Origin: Octopus vulgaris | Lineage: Eukaryota | DNA length: 64,000 bases | Assembly (NCBI GenBank): GCA_951406725.2 | Contig: OX597815.1 | Coordinates: 129,332,001-129,396,000 of the forward strand | Direction of reading: 5' to 3' | In this document: positions 1-12,329 of the stretch, in pieces | Layout of the letters: every line of letters begins with the position of its first letter | How positions within the stretch are numbered: position 1 is the first letter of the stretch | Position numbers and translations under genes: made by a program | The notes under the pieces: generated by a model | The model's input: the letters and a program-made list of their open reading frames with translations, nothing else | Told to the model about the DNA's origin: nothing | The model's database searches: none

Positions 1-168
1 GCAAGCTGGCAGAAACGTTCGTGTGCATGGAGAAATGCTTAGCCGAGGTCGACTTTGCCTTTCATCCTTTTGGGGTAGATAAATTAAGTACCAGTTGCAT
101 ACTGGTGTCGATCTAATCGACTGCTCCAAAAATTTCAGGCCTTGTGCCTAGTGTGCAAAAGGTTATTT
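1..168 (+). mobile_element. SINE family A copy (5'-truncated)
   Basis: Motif gctggcagaaacgtt...gaggtcgactttgcctttcatccttttgggg-gataaattaagtaccag...ggccttgtgcct. It recurs at ~905, ~1135, 8100, 13485(-), 23940(-), 33700(-), 39240(-), 56182 and 60583(-). Confidence 0.8.
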
Positions 169-244
169 TCCTTACTCAAGCACAAAACTGATCTTTGAAT
201 AGAATAAGTTGTTTGAATATATACCTTTATATTTAATAAAATAT

Positions 245-649
245 CAAGGCCCTAAGCACTTTAAAGATTTTGGTGCCCCCATAAAAGATTATGTAATCTA
301 AAATATAAACAATAACAAACCATAAAATAAATTTTTATTTTTCAAAACGATACAAAACAATAAGAGGGAAAATAATGTTTATTTTTGTATACTTCCACTT
401 TATTTATATTTGAAAAGTTTCCTCCTACTTTTTTGAATTGCAAAGTCTTTGATCAGATCCTCAAAATTAATTTTAGGTACCACATCAGCATCTATACTTA
501 GTAGAGATAATGGCATCCCGAATATTATTTTAGCAAGTTTAAAGTGATTTCTTTTGTGCTGTAAACCATTTACTATTTCTGTGGTGCCCCTTCCTTCTCT
601 TGATGCCCTAAACACGTGCTTATTTTGCTTAATGGTTAATTCAGCACTG
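245..649 (-). mobile_element. Non-autonomous hAT-derived element (MITE-like), copy 1
   Basis: ORF 400-615 contains LSLLSIDADVVPKINFEDLIKDFAIQKSRRKLF, resembling a hAT transposase C-terminal dimerisation tail. Ends in ttaattcagcactg (TIR). Homologous to 4911-5738 and 21495-21860. Confidence 0.75.
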
Positions 650-904
650 ATTTTATTGAAACTCTGTGAGAAATGAAAGGCAAATTCAACTTTAGGATGA
701 TTTATCCCAGAACCAAGAAGACTCGTAGTTTACAGTCTTGTCTTTTGTTGTGTTTTTTATGTATTAATGGTCACTGTAAAACATTTGACTGGAATGCTTC
801 AGTTTTGTTAAGCTTTTCTTTCATGATTAATTGTGGCATAATTTTAGCAAAAGTAGAATGAAAATCAGGTTAGATCTCCTTCTTTTATCATTTACCTTGA
901 AGTG

Positions 905-1325
905 AGGGGCAGGGGATTGGTAGAATCATTATAATACTGGGCTTGCAGTTCTTATTCTGGCTCTTTACACTGCAAATTCCAATCTACCAAGGTCAATTTT
1001 ACCTTACATTCTTTCAATGTCAATAAAATAAAGTACCAGTTAAGCACTGGGATCAATATTAACAATTAATACCCTTCCCTTCAAAACTGTTGACCTTGTG
1101 ACTAAGTCGAAAACAATTATTTAGTCAAAAGTATGGGGAAGTGGATTGACAGTTTCATTAGAGTGCAGTTTATGTTAAGAGTTGAATCCTGTCAAGGTCC
1201 ACTTTAGCTTTTAGCCTTCTGAGGCTGATAAAATAAAGAGCCGGTCAAGTGCTGGGGTCAATATAATCAACTGTTTTCCCCTTCTCCATAGAATTCCTGA
1301 TCCTGTACCTATGCTAGAAACTATT
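905..1325 (+). mobile_element. Two tandem degraded SINE family A copies
   Basis: Two diverged occurrences of the caaggtcaa...ataaaataaagtaccag...ccttgtg motif. Confidence 0.6.
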
Positions 1326-1338
1326 TAGTATAAAGAAG

Positions 1339-1896
1339 TGTGGCGGTGCATCCAGCTGTTGCAGGCCATTCCTGAGTAACGAGATTGTACATTACAATCT
1401 CATTACTCAGGAATGGCCTGAGTATTTTTGTTGTCGCATCATAGCAAAGTTGTGTTATGGCATACTCCAGCCAATCAGGGCTGGGTGTGTATGAATACTC
1501 AGGGCAGTTCTCTGCCCAAGAAGAGAAGCAGGAGTTTTAAATCAGTTAGCGGACAGACATCAGAAAAGTAACATCTCTCTTTCAACATGGAATAGTCTCT
1601 TTGTTTTACACACCAACTTTGCATCAGCTAACTCTGAATTATATCATATTTTAGCTTGCAACATCAGGAACAGCATCTTTGTTTTTCACATCAACTTCTT
1701 GCAGCTAACTCTGAATTATATCGGCTCTCGACTCACCGCTAAATCCATATTTCTAATGTAAGTGATAACAGCCTTTTATGACTCGCACATACACAGGCTA
1801 GACTGTTACTACTTGTTAGCGCTCGTTAATTAAAAAATATTTTCGTTATAAAAATTGCCTTCTGATATTTTTCCTTTTACTAACTTTTGCACCACA
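1339..1896 (+). mobile_element. Putative LTR (solo or orphan)
   Basis: Termini TGTGG...CCACA, internal 59-nt hairpin (1362-1420), CCAAT box (~1471), internal direct repeat cagctaactctgaattatatc, and ATTAAA near 1828. No matching TSD found. Confidence 0.45.
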
Positions 1897-3624
1897 AATT
1901 AGTGCCTGCCCTCACTAAATTGATGGCACTATAAATGCACTCACACCAAACTAGTGACCTCTTCTACATTGGTGACTTTTTACAAGATAAACTGAGTTGA
2001 AATTCTACAAAAGTCAACAGTGCTTTGTTGTCCTTCAAAAGCACATAAAATGTGTGTATGTCATTGATTTTAATTTGGATAGATGACACAAAATTTGATC
2101 AGGTGATTAGTCAAAAGAAATCAAGAGATCATTTGAAAGGAATATAATATCTCATCAATAAACATTGGCTTTCAAAAGAGGATGACCTCAAATGAGCTTG
2201 ATATCATTAATGTTCCAGTTAAACTGCTGTGGTTGAACGCTTACAGGAAAGATATGAGCAGCATAAAGATTCCAGAGAGATAAGGTTCTGGTGAAAAAGG
2301 AATGTGCATGATTAGTGCAGAACTAGCAGTGTAGTGGATGCAGTATAGGTGATGAGAAGTGGAAGCATTCTTGCTGTTTTCTTAGATCCCTGTAAATGTT
2401 TTCCCATGGAAGCATCTGGGTTTTTTACTTTCCTAATCACTAGTGGTTCACTGCCTTTGTCATCTTCTGATATGTTAGAACTCCTAATTATCTTCCCTAT
2501 CTTGAGGGCAGGAGCATTTGGAAAGGGCTTTGCAGTTTACCCCAGTTTTATCTACATTGTTGATATCATTAATATTCTGGGGCAATTTCAACATCAGCTA
2601 GGTTTGCCTCTTATCATCATAAAGCTTCATGAATCTGAAGTTATGCCATAATATCCACTTGTAGGGTTGAACTCTTCTTTATATAGATCTTCTGCAAAGT
2701 ATCTAGCCTTCATTAACAGGTCTGGTTCAGATAACAGAATATCTCAAGATTTGGCTGAAGTGAGCAAAAGCAGTGTCTGTTTTTCATTGCATTTTTTTAA
2801 TAAGTAGCTGTAAGTTACTACCTTCCTCATCTCTGTTTCTTTCTATCAATTGGCTTATTTTAATACTCTTGATGAGGTCATTGCAGGTGTAACTAGTCAA
2901 TTTTTTTCTTCACTCTGTTTCACAGAGAGAGAGAGAGAGAGAGAGAGAGTGGGGGTGGGGAGAGCCCTGTAGTTTAACCTCAGGGTCTATTGGTCAGTGA
3001 AGCTAATGTGTTTTTAATAATTTATGGACCAGGAACAAAACATTTGACTCATATATTCACAAACAGCATTTAATGTTTTACTGTGACCATTTGACACCAA
3101 ACGAAATAGAGTTTCTGCCTTTGGTGTCAAAACCATGTTAATATCTGTTAGGCAGCTGATGAAGACATTTCCCCAGTTGTGTTATATTGGATTTCATTCA
3201 ATAATTCTGATTGTTGTTATTGTCTACTAGTTTGCTTTCTTGTTGTTTATTTATTTTTTGTCTTGATGTATTTCAGTGGGATTATAGCAGTTCTTAGGGA
3301 AGAGAGGGAGAGAGAGAGTGAATGTGAGTAGCACGTTTATACATTTAATTTTACTTTATCACATTTTCCTTATAATCCTAAAGAGTTGATTGACAGTGAA
3401 TTATATGATAACAGTCTTTAATTCATAGTAGAATTAAATGGTAAACAGGAAATATATTTACTGGAACACTTGAAGAAATTATGTTAGCATACTGATTATA
3501 AATTTTGGCAGCTTTCCAAAATTGAGTCGCAAAATGTAATGTACCTTTATGTGGATTCAGTGCAAAATATATTAATAAACAACACTGATCATCAGTTAAA
3601 TCTGAAATATTATCAAAATTTCAC

Positions 3625-3664
3625 AATGATGATGATGACGGCGATGACGACAACAACGACAATG

Positions 3665-3699
<35 letters not shown>
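3625..3699. repeat. Compound trinucleotide microsatellite (GAT/GAC/AAC then TAA)
   Basis: Seen directly. Confidence 0.9.
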
Positions 3700-3701
3700 T
3701 A

Positions 3702-4567
3702 CACAAGAAGGGACTACACAATAAATTCCATGTAGCCACAACAGAAGTTGCTGGAAAAAATAGTGGGATTGGCTGATGAAAGGATCCCTAAAAAAAGGAG
3801 ACCAAGAGCACTATACTGGCAGTGCAGAACCAAGCTTTTGTCTGGAGGGTCAACTTTAGGAATGAGCAAGTGCCTCCGCTGTGCCACATCTGCGATAGAG
3901 TGGATGAAACTATTGGCCTAGATTTGCCAAAAACCATTACAAGTAGTGGCGACATGACCAGGTAGTGAAAGTGCTACATTGGAAACTGTGCGAAAAGTGG
4001 GGGCTAGAGAGAGGCAAGACGCCGTATGAGCACAAATTGCAGAGAGTGGCAGAGTCAGAGACTAGCAAAATCCTCTGGGAGTTCCCAATTCAAACAGATC
4101 AGGTGCTACAGCATAACAGACTGAACCTAGAGGTGGGGGACAAGGTGCACCACATATGCTATATAGTTGACATTGCGTGTCCCTTTGACCCACAAATAGT
4201 CAAGAGAGAAGACGTAAAGATAGATAGATACAACCCTGTTAAGTACGAAATAGTCCAGCTATGGAAAATGAAGAAGTTGAAGGTAGTGCCAATTATTGTT
4301 GGGTCCTTGGGAACAGTATCAGAAGGCATCAAGAGGAATATAAAAGAAATTGGAATAGAGTGTCCAGTAGAACTGTTACAAAACTTTTGCCTCCTTGACA
4401 TGGTCAGAATAATCAGAAAAGTATTAGATAGCTGAAAAGAACAGATAGCATGGTACTGTAGGCTGCAGGTAGTAAGCCTGCTGTGTATGCAAGACTCAAA
4501 GAGCGCCAACAGAACCTGTGATAAAAAGAAATTAAAAATAACAATACTAATAGTAGTAATAATAATA
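3702..4567 (+). mobile_element. 5'-truncated non-LTR retrotransposon relic, RLE type (R4/Dong-like)
   Basis: Upstream fragments ESTILAVQNQA and PLCHICDRVDETI (partial CCHC knuckle), then RHDQVVKVLHWKLC. ORF 3965-4435 has ILWEFPIQTD...IVDIACPFD...KIDRY...VVPIIVGSLG...RIIRKVL, the C-terminal restriction-like endonuclease region. TAA repeats flank both sides. Confidence 0.8.
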
Positions 4568-4594
4568 ATGACTGAAACAAGTAAAAGATAAAAG

Positions 4595-4838
4595 GTAAAA
4601 GATATTAGCATAACTAGGACTGCATCTCAAAAAACTATCCTTTTTCTTAAGGGCCAGAAGATATTTCTGCTCCCAGTAAAAGATATTATCTTAACTAAGA
4701 CTGCATCTCAAAAAACTATCCCTTTTCTTAAGGGCCAGAAGATATTTCTTCTCCCAGTAAATGATATTAGCATAACTAAGACTGCATCTCAAAAACCTAA
4801 CCTTTTTCTTTAGGGGCAGAAGATATTTCTCCTATCAG
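4595..4838. repeat. Minisatellite, 3 x 81 bp
   Basis: Unit gtaaaagatattagcataactaggactgcatctcaaaaaactatcc...agaagatatttct starts at 4595, 4676 and 4757. Confidence 0.9.
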
Positions 4839-4910
4839 CAGCTGATACTCTATAAAGATCAAGCGTTGTCCACAATAGAGTATTACACCCACATGTGGGT
4901 TTGTGCTGCC

Positions 4911-5738
4911 CAGGGCTGGATTAAGACTCATATGCCCTTGCATGTAAAAGATTTTGGTCCTGCATATATATATAATTCAAAATACAAACAATGATAAACC
5001 ATAAAATAAATTTTTATTTTTCAAAATGAAAGAAAACAAACAGTAATATGGAAAATAATTATTTTTCTTTTTTTTTTTGGTTTTACTTGTTTCAGTCATT
5101 TGACTACAGCCATGCTGGGCACTGCCTTTAGTCGAGCAAATTGACCCCAGGACTTATTCACTGTAAGCCTAGTACTTATTCTATCCATCTCTTTTGTAGA
5201 ACTGCTAGGTTACGGGGATGTTAACACACCAGCATTGGTTGTCAAGCAATGTTGGGGGGACAAACACAGACACACACACACACACATATATATACACGAC
5301 AGGCTTCTTTCAGTTTCCGTCTACCAAATTCCCTTACAAGGCTTTGGATAGTCTGAGGGTATAGTAGAAGGCACTTGCCCAAGGTGCCATGCAGTGGGAC
5401 TGAACCTGGAACCATGTGGTTGGTAAACAAGCTACTTACCACACAGCCACTCCTGCGCCTAATGTCTATTTTTGTATATACTTCCACTTTATTTATATTT
5501 GAAAAGTTTTCTACTTGTTTTAAATGCAAAGTCTTTCATCAGATCCTCACTATGACACCACAAACCCTTTGAAATTATATTTCCGATCATGTAAACTGAT
5601 TTGAATATTACTTTAGCAAGTTTAAAGTAATTTCTTTTGTGCCATAAACCATTTACCATATCTGTAGTACCCCATACCCTGCCTTCCCTTGGTGCCCTAA
5701 GCATATACTTATTTTGCTTAATGGTTAATTCAGCACTG
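4911..5738 (-). mobile_element. Non-autonomous hAT-derived element, copy 2, interrupted by a SINE
   Basis: TIRs cagggctggattaa / ttaattcagcactg. Degenerate 8-bp TSD gtgctgcc / gtgcagct. Homologous to 245-649. Confidence 0.75.
5077..5460 (-). mobile_element. SINE family B (tRNA-like head + CORE-like segment + microsatellite + tail)
   Basis: Reverse complement of ggcgcaggagtggctgtgtggtaag...ggttcagtcccactgcatggcaccttgggcaagtg...gactgaaacaagtaaaa. Many paralogues in the window. Confidence 0.85.
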
Positions 5739-6300
5739 GTGCAGCTGCCACACACACTGACATCTTGGATTGCAACCAAGGAAAAGTTACCCAGCTGACT
5801 GGCACCCAGTTGCTAATGGACACATTCCAGCATCTAGCTGTCTCTCACCTCTGTCTCTACTCTTTGAAGCTAGCTGGTCTTGTACCTCTATAACTCAGGC
5901 ACCCATGTCTCAATCATCTCTTCATCTCTTAGCATCCTTGGTGCATCTAAATACTTTTTCCTTACACTAACCATTATGCCCGGTCCTTCATCCCTAAAAC
6001 ATTTTCTCACTGGAATTTCTTCCCTGCTTACATCTTTCAAGCAGGTGTTGGCTTGTAAAAGCTTAAACCAGACATTAATGGCATCACTCACATTAGTCTC
6101 AGAAGGCCTGCAAGGGTCACAGCATCTGTCCCTTTCCTCAGATTCAACAAGTAAACATATGAACACACACACACACACTCACATACATACACACACACTA
6201 TTCCCATAACATCTTTTGCTATATTTTTTTGCAATATACATTGAACACCATACTTTAAAGATTCAAAATAGAGCTAAAATGGTAGGACAGACGGGTAAAA

Positions 6301-6860
6301 ATCATCATCATCATCGTTTAATGTCTGTTTTCCATGCTAGCATGGGTTGGACGGTTTTACTGGGGTCTGGAAAGCCAAGAGGCTGCACCAGGCTCCTGTT
6401 TGATCTGGCAGTGTTTCTACAGCTTGATGCCCTTCTTAATGCCAACCAATCTGTGAGTGTAGTGGACCTGCCAGGGCAGGTGGCAATGACCACAATCGGT
6501 TGGTGCATTTTACGTGCCACCGGCATGGAAGCCAGTAAAAGTGGTGCTGGCATCAGCCACATTTGGATTGTGCTTTTTATGTGCCACCAGCACGGGTATC
6601 ACAACTACAATCTCCATTTGATTTTTATTTTGATATTGATGTACTTGACTCAATAGGTCTCCTCAAGCACAGCAAGTCGCCCTACGATCCAAGGTACTTT
6701 TGAACGGGCTGGGGCTGGTTATGTGAAACTGGTGTAGGATACAGCCATGAACTCTCTTTATTTGCCAGGTCTTTGCAGTCACAGCATATCTCCAGAAGTT
6801 TTGGTCTTTTATCATTGCTTCTGTGAGGCCCAACGTTTGAAGGTCATACTTCACCATGCT
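6301..6860 (-). mobile_element. RTE-clade LINE 3' end (ORF C-terminus + long 3' UTR + (GAT)n tail)
   Basis: Minus-strand peptide VKYDLQTLGLTEAMIKDQNFWRYAV matches the RTE ORF terminus pattern (D-L-x-x-L...D-R-x-x-W-R). The catcatcat tail is at the left end. Confidence 0.75.
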
Positions 6861-7039
6861 TATCTCAGTATTATTCCTCACATACACATACATATATTCA
6901 TCATATTTCTAACCAGCAGAGAGTCATAAAAGTGACTCAATGGCCAAAACTTTTGGGCATACACCACTTGCTAAACTGAGAGTTTGTAAATGGAATGAAT
7001 GAAGCTCTCACTCTTCGAGTCACTTTTGTAACTTTCTGT

Positions 7040-8720
7040 CACTCCAAAAGAATACGAGGCAGTGACAGGACCAAAAATTAACCAAGGAAAGTCAGTGGGC
7101 CTGCAGCACCATGCCATCCAACAATATTGTGGGATGCTGAATAGAGGAGCCAGTTAAATTGCTTGGGGTCTGATTTGGTTCAGATGTCCAGTTAGAGACA
7201 TACTGTAATGAGGTGATGACCATAGTGGCCAATCTCACCTAGAAATGGACTGAGAGAAAGCTATTCCTGAAAGGTCGGGCAGAAGTGGTGAATGCTTACA
7301 TTGCATCCATCATATATTACCACCTGAACATCATACCCTGCCCTAGTTTTTGTCTGACCAAACTGAACTGCATACACTTCTGCTTTCTGTTGACGGGACA
7401 CATTTCACTAGTTAGGCACTTCACTTGCTGTCAACACCTACTGAATGGAGGAGTGGGCAGGCTGTGGCTACTGATATGCAGACATGCACTGAGGCTATGG
7501 CATCTCTAGCACTTTTTTGACAGTGAGCACAAGTGGTTGCCATTTGTCAGACTCACAACTTCTCTCTTTGAGCTGCAGACCTGGATCAAGTGCAATCTAA
7601 GGCAGGGTGCCTGGTACCTAGTGTGTTGTCAGGTACTCATAGTCCTCTATCAGTTAGGCAATACAGTTGGTGAAAATTCTAAACTAGTGTTCTATAGAGG
7701 GTTAGTGGTGGGAAAGTGTGATGATGTTCTTAGGGAGATTCTGTGTCAATGAGAATCATTTTAGAGGATTTTCAAGCTGGGGCCTATGGACAATTTCCAG
7801 GAATCCTTGATCTGGCACTGCTGTCAAGGGGTGGGAGTGCAGTTGGAGATAAAATCTACAGGCATGGAAGTCCTGTTCATCAGGCTTGCCTGAAAGTGAT
7901 GAAACAGCTCTGTACACTCTTGTCTAGTGCCCGAACATTGCTGACTTGTGAGTTTATGTCGAACACCTGCAGTCACAAGTAGGACAGATCCAGCTATTGG
8001 CTAAGTTCATTGTGAAGATTGATCCACTGCCTTCAATTTGGCTGGGAAGGGCAGGTAGTGTTGCTCTGTCTGATGGCTTTAGCGAAAGAGGCTGTTTGGC
8101 AAGGCAGCGAGCTGGCAGAAATGTTAGCACGCTGGGCAAAATACTTAGTGGCATTTCGTCTGTCTTTACATTCTGAGTTCAAATTCCGCTGAAGTCGACT
8201 TTGCTCTTCATCCTTTCGGCGTCGATAAATTAAGTACCAATTGCATACTGGAGTTGATCTAATTGATTGGCCCCTAGAGTAGAAAAGGAAGAGGTTTTGT
8301 AGTGAACCAGAGTGAAAGGGCTGAAAACAGATACTTTCCTCATTGGCTTAGCTCTCATCAACTTTTTCAAGTTTCACTTGAAAAGGAAAGTGAGGGTAGA
8401 GAGAGAAGTACTGTTCCCCACCCTTGCAATTTTGTTACAAGGTGGGTGAATGTGACAAGAATGGTATGAGTGAACAGGCCTACTCTAAACATGTGCCAGT
8501 AGACAATGTGTAGAGGTTACTTGTCCTAGTGGTCAAGGATTTGTGAGGTTTCCATGAGCAGCCCTAGGTAGTGTCCTTCTTTTGGGGTATTATTCTTTGT
8601 TAAAATTTATATATTTGTAAATTTTACTTTTTTATACACCTTTCATGTAACCCTACATTGTATTGTCCTGTACTGACCCCAACGATTTTTATGAACCTTT
8701 TGTGATTAATGAAGAAAACA
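7040..8720 (+). mobile_element. Degraded L1/Tx1-clade LINE ORF2 3' part
   Basis: Fragments PVKLLGV*FGSDVQLE, RKLFLKGRAEVVNAYIASIIYY and CQHLLNGGVG resemble the Tx1-type post-RT region. Many stops and frameshifts; SINE inserted at ~8100-8290. Confidence 0.65.
8100..8290 (+). mobile_element. SINE family A copy nested in the LINE
   Basis: gcgagctggcagaaatgttagcacg...gagttcaaattcc (B-box-like)...gtcgactttgc...gataaattaagtacc. Confidence 0.8.
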
Positions 8721-8779
8721 TTATTAATTTCATTTATTCAATCATATATTGAGTCCTCTTTATCCTATTTGTTCCACCA

Positions 8780-8828
<49 letters not shown>

Positions 8829-8845
8829 GATAGATAGATAGATAG
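8780..8845. repeat. (TATC)n/(GATA)n microsatellite
   Basis: Seen directly; the two halves are reverse complements. Confidence 0.9.
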
Positions 8846-9149
8846 AGACAGAGAGAAAGAGATAAACAGATAGATAAAATAGTATTTTACTCTATTTTTT
8901 TTTGTATTCAAGTGGTCTTTTTTTCCTTTTTGTTTTGCACCTATGTGCTTGCTTTTGTTAGTATGTGTGTGTACAAGACATATACGCGTATTAATCAATA
9001 TTGAAATTTAATGCATCTATTGTTTGTTTTTTTACCTTTCCCTTTTATCTTTTGCTTGTTTAACGTATAAAAATTTTATCTGAGCGTCAAAAACTTCTAA
9101 AAACAATAAGATAATATACATGTTAAGTAATATATCTTGAAACTAATGA

Positions 9150-10012
9150 CTCGCTGCATACTTGAATAAGAGTTGGTCGGTTCGTGTGCTTAACGCTATG
9201 CAACAATAGCAACCAGCTGATTTAATTCTCAGTTCGTTGTCTTCCCGACAAGATCTCTATTTTTTTTCGGCCAGCCGCCCGTCCCTCTGGAGTGATTTCA
9301 ATAAGAATCTTCTCCCCTACATAACGTGTGCGTATATTTTCGTCGTCAGCCACTGAGAGGAAACACGATTTACTTCTGCAGCTTACTTTTTTTTTCTTCT
9401 TTTCTTTCTGTATTTAACTCTCAACTGCGTTAGCAAGTAGTTTTACCTCAACCTTTATTTCTTTATTCTCTTTCGTATCTGGCAGCAGTAAAATTTTTTT
9501 CCATCCTCACTAAGTTATTTAGTTCCCTATAACAACCAACTTTATCTGGCGCACTCGGCCTTTTATAATAATTCCAAGTTCAAAACAAAAACAAAACAAG
9601 GCAAAACAAAACAAAAAACATTTTACCTTTTAGATAAGAAATTTAAAGCGACCGTACTGCAAAAAACAAAAACAAAGGAAGAAAGAAAGAAACTAAAAAA
9701 AGGAAAACGAAAATTAATGAAATATTTCAAAATCGCTAATCATAATATAAAAAAAAAACAATAACCATGATACAGTCACACAACTCATTGTGAGAGGAAA
9801 TTTTGTTTTGGAGCCTCTGATGTGATAATTTACCGTACATTGTTCTGCTAGGATTACTGAAAAACCTTACATCTTTTTTGAAGGGGACGACTAACAGAAA
9901 ACGAGGATTGAGCAGTGAAATTCTTATCAGTGAGGATACTAAGCTACCTGATGTAAAACTTATAATAATGTCTGATCTCTAGGGAAACCCTGGAAAACAA
10001 AATAAGGTAAAT
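9150..10012 (+). promoter_or_regulatory. Candidate promoter and non-coding first exon of an unidentified host gene
   Basis: Abrupt onset of CpG-rich, repeat-free sequence. Initiator-like TCAGTT at 9229-9234. A-rich/T-rich leader with only short uORFs. Donor-like AAG|GTAAAT at 10006/10007. Inference only. Confidence 0.3.
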
Positions 10013-12329
10013 ATGATATTTGTTTCGGAAGATTTATTTTTTTATTCTCCTTTACGTTTTATGATACCTCAGGCACGTCGCAAATTCGTTTGAGAATTTG
10101 TGTTCGCACTTGCATTTTATTTATTTTTGCGCCTTTCAAGAACTTTGATAATTAAAAATTTTTTGTTATTTTTATATGAAGTTCTGTTATCAAAGTAAGG
10201 AAATTTTGAAGTTTATTGGACAAAGTTTAGGGCCGAATAAAGGAGAGGGGGTGAATACTCTTTTGCGGGCTTCTTTCAATGTAAATAAGTTTTTAATGCT
10301 CAACAAGTTGACCATTAAATTCTTTGATGCAAAAAGAGTATTAATGCTTTATTAATTCCCTACATATTTCTGGTTCTCTCATCTACACTAGCGAATTGAC
10401 GAATTAATCTATTACAAACCAAAATTTAAGTATTATCAGCATTGCTTGGAAGTGAATGAGTTCAGGTTTCGATACCTGTGGAGGTAGTTATATCACTTTC
10501 AATATCCTCGAGAAACTATGTAAAAAGAAAAAAATTTTGAATTGGAAAAAGTCTTTTATTTTTAGCTTTTATCAAATTTCTTTGTCACCTTTTCGTTTTT
10601 CTTTTCTTACAGTAAATGCATGCGCTATTTAAGCTTTCTAATATTGACTCACAAAATATGTAATTCGTAATAACGAAACAAAATAAACGGAGAAATATTT
10701 GTTTAAATGTCTTATCAAATCGATAGATAACAGATATCTTACTCGGTATTAAGTGTGAGAGTGTGCGTGTGTGTGTGAGAGAGAGAGAGCGTATTTGTCT
10801 GTGAGAACGAGTTTGTGTGCGCGCGCGTGTTTGTGTGTGTTTGTATGAGAGAGATACTCTCACAGACAGAACTCGTATTTTCCGCTTGATAAATCTTGTT
10901 AATTGCTGTATATACTTAAACATACACTGAGTCATTCTATGTTTCTCGGTGTCGTTAGAAGATTTTGTTGTTGAGACAAAAGATTTCAAAGAAATAAAAG
11001 TTTAAACAATACAACTCTACGAATACTAAATGATGATTTAAGAAAAAAAAAAAAAAAAAAAAGACTCAGATATTTCAATCGGTGAAGTTAATTTTCATAC
11101 AATCATTCAATATTTGTTGCCGGCTGAAAACATAGGAAACAGCTGTGATTCCTAAAACTAGACAAGTTATAATAAAACGACTTATAGAAATTGATATGAG
11201 AGAGAAAAAGATATGTATGGAGGAAAGGGTTTTCAGACACTTGGATATCTTCATTGTATATTTTTCCTACTCAAGTTATTAAAGTTGCTATTTGGGCGAT
11301 AGGAGTGAGCTAAATCGGAACAGCGGTAGACAAAATGCTTTAGGGGTATTTCGTTAGATCTCTAGACTTCTAGTTCAAATCCCACCGGGATTAACTGCGT
11401 TTTGTTTTTCTTCTCTCTCACTTATCTTTCCAGGACCAGCAAAATATATACCTGTTTATATGATTAATTAATGCACTCGCCCAAAGTGGGTGACTTTTAG
11501 GCCAATATTAAATGAAACCAGTTTGGAATAGCTTCCTTACTACCTCCATGGGAAAGAAAAGGGCACGGAATTGGATGGGTGGAGGGAATGTATAAAAGGC
11601 TGAATAAGAAAAAAAAAATCACAATCGTTCTTCTCGTTGCATGAAACACAAGGAACACTTAGATGAGATAGAGAGAGTGGGAGTGAGGAAACGATCACCC
11701 TATTCCTTTTCCTTTCTTTGAGGTAGTGAAGGCTATTCCGAAAGTCCGTCGAAATCACTATTCTTCTATTTTCTTCGATTCAACAGCATAATCTAGAAAG
11801 CAAAGAAATAAGTATTTATCATGCTTTGTTAAACGAGAACACTAATTTACATGTAGCAAAGGTGGTGGGGTTCGGGAATAATTGTCCCATGCCTCAAGGG
11901 AAAGGAAATCGGTTGTCTTTTTTACCTTCCTTACCGTTTTCTCCCCCCCCCCCCGTATTTCATACAACGGTAATTATGATTCTGAAAAAGTTTCTTTAAA
12001 AAATTTCAGTTTGTTTCCATTTTGTCTTCCTCTCTATTTCCGTAACTCTACCTTCCCCACGAAGGACATCCATTCCGAAACTCTGTCCGTCGTATAAAGT
12101 ATATATTTTCAAATTTTAAAACAGAATATTTAACAGTCTTTTATCACAAAGTTACAGCTCCAAAGTAAATATAGACTTTGATAGATAAGGTAAAATTTCA
12201 CAAAGGATTGAAACAAAATTAAAAATTCATCTAAAGATGAGGGCTCGATTCTAAAGGGAAGTCTGTTCTCGTTAGAATCTGTAGGTTATGGTTTAAATCA
12301 TATCCAGTCTTTCCCCTCTTCTGTTTAGA

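Noticed and set aside
2349-2780. 100-aa ORF or minus-strand LINE ORF1 relic
   Set aside because: No recognisable motif on +; only a faint hint on - that I cannot support.
4595-4838. CRISPR-like array
   Set aside because: Whole 81-bp units repeat with no unique spacers, no cas genes, and the context is eukaryotic.
10585-10989. 134-aa ORF
   Set aside because: Runs through (CA)/(CT) microsatellite, low complexity, non-ATG start.
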